The position numbers and the translations under genes are program-made. Positions 57,475-64,000 of a DNA stretch of 64,000 bases are shown here, piece by piece (position 1 is the stretch's first letter; each line of letters opens with the position of its first letter). The notes under the pieces were generated by a model that was not told the DNA's origin, did no database searches, and saw nothing but the letters and a program-made list of their open reading frames with translations. This DNA is from a virus. The stretch spans positions 6,426 through 70,425 of the IMG/VR virus record IMGVR_UViG_3300047388_000429. One strand, 5' to 3'.

Positions 57475-58233
57475 ATGCCTATCGAACTATTGAACGGAAA
57501 ATTTGAGACCTTTGCCTTCAGCGGCGGGGAGATCCACGTCAGAGTCACCGAGCACAATCCGCTGTCGAATATCCGAGCGATCCTCAAGACGCCATCGGAT
57601 ATCATGACGCTGCTCCTGCTCGCCGACGCCCTTAAACGTCTGAATAGCATTATCGTAAGCTTGGAGATCCCGTATTTCCCTTACGCGCGGCAGGACAGGG
57701 TCTGCAATAAAGGCGAATCATTGGCGGTCAAGGTCATGGCCGACCTGATTAACGGCATTGGAGCCGAACGGGTGTCCGTCGCTGATCCGCATTCGGACGT
57801 CATGTGCGCGCTGATCAATAATTGCCAGGTTATCAACGTCTATTACTCCCTGAAGAAGTTGATCGGCGACAAGCTGATCATTTGTCCGGACGCCGGTGCA
57901 GAAAAAAGGATCTCGAAGCTGCAGCTCCCGTATGTAATGGCCACGAAGGTCCGCGATCCCATGACCGGTCAGATCCTGAGAACCCAGCTTTATGATGAAA
58001 GCGGGACTGTCCGAGACAGGGCTTGCCTAATCGTCGATGACATCTGCGACGGCGGCCGGACCTTCACGGAACTCGCGAAGGTCCTGCGCGACCACGGGGC
58101 GGCCTCGGTTGAGCTGTACGTCACCCACGGAATCTTTTCTAAAGGACTAGAGGTATTTAAGGGCCTCATTAACAACGTCTACAACTACGACTACAACACA
58201 GGAGAAATAATATGCACAAGAACAATGGAGTGA
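57475..58233 (+). CDS. Ribose-phosphate pyrophosphokinase-like protein (Adps-like)
   Basis: F.GGE, PYARQDR, DPHS, PDAGA, IVDDICDGGRTF, THGIFS. Confidence 0.9.
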   Translation: MPIELLNGKFETFAFSGGEIHVRVTEHNPLSNIRAILKTPSDIMTLLLLADALKRLNSIIVSLEIPYFPYARQDRVCNKGESLAVKVMADLINGIGAERVSVADPHSDVMCALINNCQVINVYYSLKKLIGDKLIICPDAGAEKRISKLQLPYVMATKVRDPMTGQILRTQLYDESGTVRDRACLIVDDICDGGRTFTELAKVLRDHGAASVELYVTHGIFSKGLEVFKGLINNVYNYDYNTGEIICTRTME

Positions 58234-58237
58234 TCTG

Positions 58238-58798
58238 ATGCTGTCTCCTGCACAAAAGCGCGCTCAACTAAAATATCGCTCCTCTGAAAAAGGAATCGCT
58301 ACTCGCAATAATTACGAGAAAAGTAAAAAAGGCAGAGAACTTGCAAGCCGGAGAAGAAACAAACCTGCGGCGAAAATATACATGAAAAAGTACATGCAAA
58401 AATATCAACGAGATCCAGAAAATATAAAAAATAAAAGACGTTGGACTTTTAGCTGGGAGGGAAAAGCTTTTCAGCTTTTACAAGGGATGCGAGAAAGCAC
58501 AAGACGTAAAAATCTTGGAAAGATAGAGTGGACATCTTCTGAAATATTGGAAAAAATAAAAGATAAAAGATGCTGCAAAACTGGAATTGACTTTACCTTG
58601 CAAGATGAAAATACCCCGCCACATACAAGAAATCCGTTCGCTCCGAGTCCAGATAGAATCGATAATAATAAGGGATATACGAAGAAAAACGTTCAGTGGG
58701 TTTGCTGGATGTACAATCAAATGAAAGGACAGGCCACAGAAAAAGAAATTAAAAAGTTTCTAACCGCTATTAACAATTTCACAGGAGAAAAGATATGA
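58238..58798 (+). CDS. HNH-like endonuclease
   Basis: SPDRIDNNKGY...NVQWVC..YN.MK; AT-rich. Confidence 0.75.
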   Translation: MLSPAQKRAQLKYRSSEKGIATRNNYEKSKKGRELASRRRNKPAAKIYMKKYMQKYQRDPENIKNKRRWTFSWEGKAFQLLQGMRESTRRKNLGKIEWTSSEILEKIKDKRCCKTGIDFTLQDENTPPHTRNPFAPSPDRIDNNKGYTKKNVQWVCWMYNQMKGQATEKEIKKFLTAINNFTGEKI

Positions 58799-60393
58799 TG
58801 CACATCAACCCATTACACGCGATTGACTTTTACAAGTCAGCACACCGTAAGCAGTACCCGCAGAACACGACTCTCATCTATTCGAACTTCACGCCGCGCA
58901 GCAATAAATTAAGCAACCTGCCGGACAAGAACGACAAGATCGTTTTCTTCGGACTCCAGTACTTCATCAAAGATTTCCTGATCAACGCGTGGAATGAAAA
59001 CTTCTTCCTGCTCCCTAAAGAACAGGTGGTCGCCGAATACAGGAGGCGCATGGACACTTCTCTGGGCAAGGACGTGATTCCCGTCGATCACATAGAGGCC
59101 CTGCATGACCTCGGCTATCTGCCGATCGAAATCAGGGCGCTTGCCGAGGGCGCGGAAGTCGACATGAAGGTCCCGTGCCTGACGATCCACAACACCCACC
59201 CAGATTTTTTCTGGATCGTCAATTATCTTGAATCCGTGATGTCCTGTTATCTTTGGAAAACCTGCGTGTCCGCGACGACCGCCCGCTGGTACAGAAAAAC
59301 CCTTGAGGCATATGCGGACGCCACTGGGGCCGACAAGGGATTTGTCCAATTCCAAGGCCATGATTTTTCTTTCCGAGGTATGTCGGGGCTCGCCGATGCC
59401 GCGGCATCCGGTGCCGGTCATCTTTTATCTTTCGTTGGCACCGACACGGTACCGGCCATCGATTTCATGGAGCAATTCTATGGCGCTGATGCCGAGAAGG
59501 AATTGATCGGCTGCTCGGTACCGGCGACCGAACACAGTGTTATGTGCATGGGCGGCAAGGACGATGAGATCGGGACGTTCCGTCGCCTGATCGTCGACAC
59601 CTACCCGAAGGGCATCCTCTCGATCGTCTCCGATACATGGGACTTTTGGAAGGTCGTCACCGAGTACGTGCGGGAGCTCAAGCCCCAGATCATGGCGCGC
59701 GCCGGTAAAGTCGTGATCCGGCCGGACAGCGGGGATCCCGTGAAGATCGTCTGCGGGACCGCCTATAAACTGATGGACAGCGTCGAAGCCGACCAGCCGC
59801 ACCTTGAAAAGATGGTGGACGCCGGTTTCGAGTTCTTTGAACACCGCGGGACATATTTCCAAATCGAGGCGACAAAGCGATATGGAGGCGGATATAAATG
59901 CTCGTTCACGGAGGTCAGGTCGACTCCTGAAATGAAGGGCGCAATAACATGCCTCTGGGAAATCTTCGGCGGGACCACTAACGCTAAAGGGTTCAAGGAA
60001 TTGGACAGTCACATCGGCCTGATCTACGGGGACTCGATAACTCCGGCGCGCGCGCTCGCGATCATGAACGGCCTGCGCGCCAAGGGATTCGCGTCGACGA
60101 ATGTCGTCTTCGGAATCGGATCTTTCACCTATCAGTATACGACTCGCGACACCTACGGATTCGCGGTCAAGGCCACTTATGGGGAGATCAACGGCGTCGG
60201 ACAGGCGATTTTCAAGGATCCGGCGACCGACAGCGGGATCAAGAAATCGGCGAAGGGGATCCTCGCGGTCAGGGACGGAAAGCTCTATGACGAGCAGCCG
60301 AGTCTGGACGTCCAGAGCGAGCTCCTGCCGGTCTTCAAGGACAGCCAGATTTTATTGGAGACCACACTCGCGGAAATGAGGGCCCGCGCATGA
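58795..60393 (+). CDS. Nicotinamide phosphoribosyltransferase-like protein (Namat-like)
   Basis: DFYK..H..QYP, HDFS.RG, PATEHSVM, VSDTWD, IRPDSGDP, KKSAKG. Confidence 0.92.
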   Translation: MMHINPLHAIDFYKSAHRKQYPQNTTLIYSNFTPRSNKLSNLPDKNDKIVFFGLQYFIKDFLINAWNENFFLLPKEQVVAEYRRRMDTSLGKDVIPVDHIEALHDLGYLPIEIRALAEGAEVDMKVPCLTIHNTHPDFFWIVNYLESVMSCYLWKTCVSATTARWYRKTLEAYADATGADKGFVQFQGHDFSFRGMSGLADAAASGAGHLLSFVGTDTVPAIDFMEQFYGADAEKELIGCSVPATEHSVMCMGGKDDEIGTFRRLIVDTYPKGILSIVSDTWDFWKVVTEYVRELKPQIMARAGKVVIRPDSGDPVKIVCGTAYKLMDSVEADQPHLEKMVDAGFEFFEHRGTYFQIEATKRYGGGYKCSFTEVRSTPEMKGAITCLWEIFGGTTNAKGFKELDSHIGLIYGDSITPARALAIMNGLRAKGFASTNVVFGIGSFTYQYTTRDTYGFAVKATYGEINGVGQAIFKDPATDSGIKKSAKGILAVRDGKLYDEQPSLDVQSELLPVFKDSQILLETTLAEMRARA

Positions 60394-60911
60394 ACTATCA
60401 GGAAGAGCTCTTTCTTTTTGATGACGAACGGGCCTATCAGTATTTGAAGAAGCTCGGCTGTCCATCGATCGACGATCGGTGGGCGGCCGCGGCTAACGTC
60501 CTTTTCATCGGCGAGCGCTGGGAACCCACGCGCGACGCCGGTGAGGACGCCATGGTTTTTCCGGTCTTCAGCTACAATTGGGAGGTCGTCAACCTTGTGG
60601 CCTGGCGGCCGCGGCAGCCCGACAAGTGGTATCTCCGCAAATGCGATGACTCCATGCTCGGGCGCGATCGATTCAATGCCGCTCGCTGCTGGCGGGGATC
60701 CGAGGTCCTTAAAGTCTTCGATAACCCGATGGCGTGGCTTCTCGGCGGCCAGAAAGGATGCTGCCCGCTCACCGAGGACGCGCTCCTGAATTTCGTGGAC
60801 CTCCGGCATGACCTGCGGACGCCCATTAAAATCGACTGTTCTGATGCGATGATCGCGCGGATCGCGGCGGCCCGTGATAACGCTTATCCGATGCCGAAGA
60901 GGGTAAAATAA
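60390..60911 (+). CDS. Hypothetical protein
   Basis: Coupled ORF, 173 aa. Confidence 0.65.
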   Translation: MNYQEELFLFDDERAYQYLKKLGCPSIDDRWAAAANVLFIGERWEPTRDAGEDAMVFPVFSYNWEVVNLVAWRPRQPDKWYLRKCDDSMLGRDRFNAARCWRGSEVLKVFDNPMAWLLGGQKGCCPLTEDALLNFVDLRHDLRTPIKIDCSDAMIARIAAARDNAYPMPKRVK

Positions 60912-61259
60912 TGCTGCACGATGATATATATTCAATCATAAAAAACAATCACCATCGTGTGATCGGCGATAGTATGCAGCTGCAACATATAGAGCTGATT
61001 TTGAGAAAAAAGCCCGTCGGAATTTACTTTGATAATACTGTTAAAGAAAATTCTCAATTATATGAAACGGCCAAAGAATTTTTTTATAATGGATTTCTCA
61101 CATTTCCATTCGATGATTTGATATTTCATGTCAAAGATTTTTTTGTAGATGAAAGCGACACTGGAACAAAAGATTTAACTATATGGGTGACAAAAGAAGA
61201 TAATATTTATGTATGTTCATATGTTTATAAAAGAACAAAAGATTTCGGACATGTACGCA

Positions 61260-62180
61260 TTAGGGCTTGACCGCAAGTGATAACAGATTTCCGAACGCAT
61301 TTTCATTTTTCCTTTCATTAAATCTGAAAACAATTTCGTCGATATAAAGCCTCAAGTATTTTTTCGAGACGTGGTGAAACTGCCCGTAAATCGCACGTTT
61401 GACCAAAGCCCAGAAGCCTTCGATGTTGTTGGTGTGAATGTTCCCGTATTGTGCGGAGAACATATCACTTTCTGAATAGACCACGCTGTGATTAATGCGG
61501 CGGTGAATTATAAAGCTGTTCAGCGCATTATAGCCGTTAAACTCATCGGTGTTGATAACCGCTTGCGGTGCATCGACAAGGCGGCGAACGAGTGCCGAGA
61601 TGTAGTCCATAGTCATTTCGGACTTTTCAACTGGCATGGCGCGAACGTTGCCGCCACGCTCTATCACGCCGATAATGGCCTCTTTGTCAGTGCCGCGACC
61701 ACGCTTGGATTTGTCGCCGCCCTTCGGGTCATCGTCACGGCGGTTCTTTTTGCGCGGCTTCCCGCCGATAAAAGTCTCATCCATCTCGACAATGCCAGCC
61801 AGCAGCTTGCCATCATCGTGCATAGCCGCACGGATGCGGTGCATCATGCTCCATACGGTAGGGCGGCGCATTTCAAGATGCCGTGCGGCTTGCATGGCAG
61901 ACAGTCCTTTTTTTGCCGAAAACATAAGTGAAATCAAAAGGAACCAGCGTTGCAGATCAACATGGGAATTGTGAAAAATCGTGCCAACGGTCACACTGAA
62001 CGACTTGTGGCATGTCCAGCATTGAAGGCGCGGCCTGCGGTCAGGGTCAACCTTCTTGCAAACAGTATCAGCCCCGCAATAGGCGCAGAACGGCTTTTCG
62101 CCCCACCGCACCTTCTCAAGGTGGGCGAGGCAATCGGCTTGTGTAGGCCAGCGTTTATAAATTTCGATGATCGAGGTCAT
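61260..62180 (-). CDS. IS1595-family DDE transposase
   Basis: Zn ribbon, GTIFH.S, EMDETFIGG, TD..Y, HTN.IEG.W, Y..E..FR.N. Confidence 0.93.
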   Translation of the reverse strand: MTSIIEIYKRWPTQADCLAHLEKVRWGEKPFCAYCGADTVCKKVDPDRRPRLQCWTCHKSFSVTVGTIFHNSHVDLQRWFLLISLMFSAKKGLSAMQAARHLEMRRPTVWSMMHRIRAAMHDDGKLLAGIVEMDETFIGGKPRKKNRRDDDPKGGDKSKRGRGTDKEAIIGVIERGGNVRAMPVEKSEMTMDYISALVRRLVDAPQAVINTDEFNGYNALNSFIIHRRINHSVVYSESDMFSAQYGNIHTNNIEGFWALVKRAIYGQFHHVSKKYLRLYIDEIVFRFNERKNENAFGNLLSLAVKP

Positions 62181-62688
62181 GCGCGTTCCTCAATTCTGAA
62201 ATCATTCGGAAAATCGCGCATATGAGCATGTAACTTCGCGGCAGCATCCGTGGCGGAGTCATGGGCTACGTCGATGCCCTCTTGTTGGCATCCTTCGCGG
62301 ATGCGCTTCATAACGCGCTTATCGGCCTCATGCGCCTTGTTTATAAGGCGTTTGGCGGTGGCCGTGAGCGGGATTGTTGCATATGACATTTTATTAACCT
62401 TTCTTAACAGAATTGCGAGAAGGCGAAGTCACGCGCTTCTTTATATGTTGCGAAGAATTCCGTAACATTGTTATTGTCGGTTACTTCCCAAACTGCGCCT
62501 TTGCCATTCTCGGCGCATGCTGTGATAAAGGCGGGGTCGAGATCGGTAGGGTCGTTGCCTAAAGTGGCATTTAAACGCTCTGTGAGCGTCCAGCGGGCGA
62601 TGGTGTAGTCAGTTCCGAAGCGGCACTCCTTGTCGGACGAGACGCGGACTGTGTTGCGGCCAAATGCTTTTCTGTATGTTTGGGTCAT
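62177..62688 (-). CDS. Two IS passenger ORFs (62177..62389, 62404..62688)
   Basis: AGGAG and AAGG RBSs; inside the TIRs, upstream of the transposase. Confidence 0.65.
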
Positions 62689-63315
62689 TTTCTTTCTCCT
62701 AAATTATAAAGTTGAACAATTTCAACCTTATAACTCCATTATAACTGATCTATAGGGATTGTCAAGCCCTAAAGTGTACAATTCCGAAAGATTTAGCGGT
62801 TGACGGATTTACGGCTCTTTTAGATATGGAAGGAAAAAGATGCGGCAGCCGTATATATAAAAAAGGAGAGGAACTATTAAAAGAAGACGAATACAGGATT
62901 CAAAATCTTATATCTTGGATACTTATTTTCCTCCTGACAATTAATCATCCTGCATACGAAAAGAAAGAGGAGGAACCCGATTCTGCGTTGCAACGATCAC
63001 GAATCAAACGCGGGAAGGAAACTCTTTCCAAATATGTCTATGTTCGTATGAAACCCCATATAAAAGCGGCACTGTCCGCCGGAGACGGCACAATTCGGGC
63101 TCCGCACTGGCGGCGGGGGCACGTCAGAAGGCTCGCCGACGGCCGTGTCGTGCCCGTACAGGCCTGTCTGGTGAACTGGGAGGGGGATCCCGAGGATCCG
63201 GCGGCACCGGCTAAGAAAATCTATGTAGTTTGAAAATAGTTGAAATTTCTTGTTGACATCTATCAAAGATGAATTATTGTAACAATTGTTACTTTAAATA
63301 GACAAGGAGAGAAAA

Positions 63316-64000
63316 ATGACGATAGAAAAAATAACCGCTTATAAGGCATTTGATAAAGATTTAAAATGTCGCGATTTTCAATATGAGATCGGGAAAGAAT
63401 ATGTTCATAAAGGAACGGTTAAGCCATGTGAATCCGGCTTTCATGTCTGTAAAGAGCCGATTGATGTCCTGAATTATTATAATATTTGCGACAGTCGATT
63501 TGCTGAAGTTGAAGTTTATGGTGATGTAAAGGATCATCCAGAAGATTCCAAACTCGCAGCGAGTCATTTAAGAATCAAGGCAGAAATAACGGTTGGACAA
63601 TTCATTAAAGCGTCTGTTGATTACGTATTTAATGGTTGGTTCAAAAAAACCATGCTGGAAAAGAATGACGGTGATTTAGTGCAGGCCTCCAGCGGCGACA
63701 ACGCCCAGCAGGCCTCCAGCGGCGACAACGCCCAGCAGGCCTCCAGCGGCGACAACGCCCAGCAGGCCTCCAGCGGCGACAACGCCCAGCAGGCCTCCAG
63801 CGGAAATTACGCCAAGCAGGCCTCCAGCGGCGACAACGCCCAGCAGGCCTCCAGCGGCGACAACGCCCAGCAGGCCTCCAGCGGATATTACGCCAAGCAG
63901 GCCTCCAGCGGCGACAACGCCCAGCAGGCCTCCAGCGGCGACAACGCCCAGCAGGCCTCCAGCGGAAATTACGCCAAGCAGGCCTCCAGCGGCGACAACG
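63316..64000 (+). CDS. Phage protein with 9-aa tandem repeats (runs off the window)
   Basis: MTIEKITAYKAFDKDLKCRDFQYEIG...C.SGFH, then QASSGDNAQ repeats; AAGGAG RBS; TTGACA box upstream. Confidence 0.85.
   Translation, partial: MTIEKITAYKAFDKDLKCRDFQYEIGKEYVHKGTVKPCESGFHVCKEPIDVLNYYNICDSRFAEVEVYGDVKDHPEDSKLAASHLRIKAEITVGQFIKASVDYVFNGWFKKTMLEKNDGDLVQASSGDNAQQASSGDNAQQASSGDNAQQASSGDNAQQASSGNYAKQASSGDNAQQASSGDNAQQASSGYYAKQASSGDNAQQASSGDNAQQASSGNYAKQASSGDN
63682..64000 (+). repeat. 27-bp coding tandem repeat, 11 full units plus a partial 12th
   Basis: CAGGCCTCCAGCGGCGACAACGCCCAG, with variant units encoding GNYAK/GYYAK. Confidence 0.95.

Larger units (their letters stand above)
61246..62786 (-). 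mobile_element. IS1595-family insertion sequence with two passenger ORFs
   Basis: 26-bp imperfect TIRs (CGGACATGTACGCATTAGGGCTTGAC / CGGAATTGTACACTTTAGGGCTTGAC); 8-bp TSD AAAGATTT. Confidence 0.93.
60911..63233 (+). pseudogene. Phage gene interrupted by IS1595 (60911..61245 plus 62795..63233)
   Basis: Removing the IS and one TSD copy restores KRTKD-LAVDGFTALLD-MEGKRC in frame; C-terminal PHWRRGH motif. Confidence 0.85.

Noticed and set aside
63682-64000. CRISPR array
   Set aside because: Contiguous 27-bp units with no unique spacers, in frame within a CDS; no cas genes.

Overview
Most of the genome of a tailed phage with a contractile tail (DUF2184-type capsid, DUF3383-type sheath, DUF2213-type protease/scaffold, DUF1073-type portal, PBSX-type terminase). 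A GapR/DUF2312 gene suggests an alphaproteobacterial host. Early/recombination genes lie on + (2.2-12.9 kb; 54.5-64 kb). Lysis, tRNA, tail, head and packaging genes lie on - (13-54 kb). Accessory content: RtcB, TerD, GapR, two DNA methyltransferases, a PRS-like + NAMPT-like pair (NARP1-type NAD+ rebuilding), several free-standing endonucleases, and an IS1595-family element with TIRs and an 8-bp TSD that splits a gene. Main discovery: the array of 26 tRNA/tRNA-like genes (15560-19262, -) is divided into three blocks. Each block is preceded by a short leader peptide ORF and an intrinsic terminator with a competing antiterminator. The central codon run of each leader uses only the amino acids of the tRNAs in its own downstream block: VKIVAKAIK -> Ile/Lys/Ala/Val; CTSNMSYDRGFGRSG -> Asn/Phe/Gly/Met/Thr/Asp/Arg/Cys/Ser/Tyr; LLQPWHLQQLPL -> Leu/Pro/Trp/His/Gln. 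This looks like a ribosome-stalling attenuation system that supplies tRNAs on demand when they are depleted. Several tRNAs have non-canonical structures. All family calls come from motif recognition by eye; no database searches or folding programs were run.
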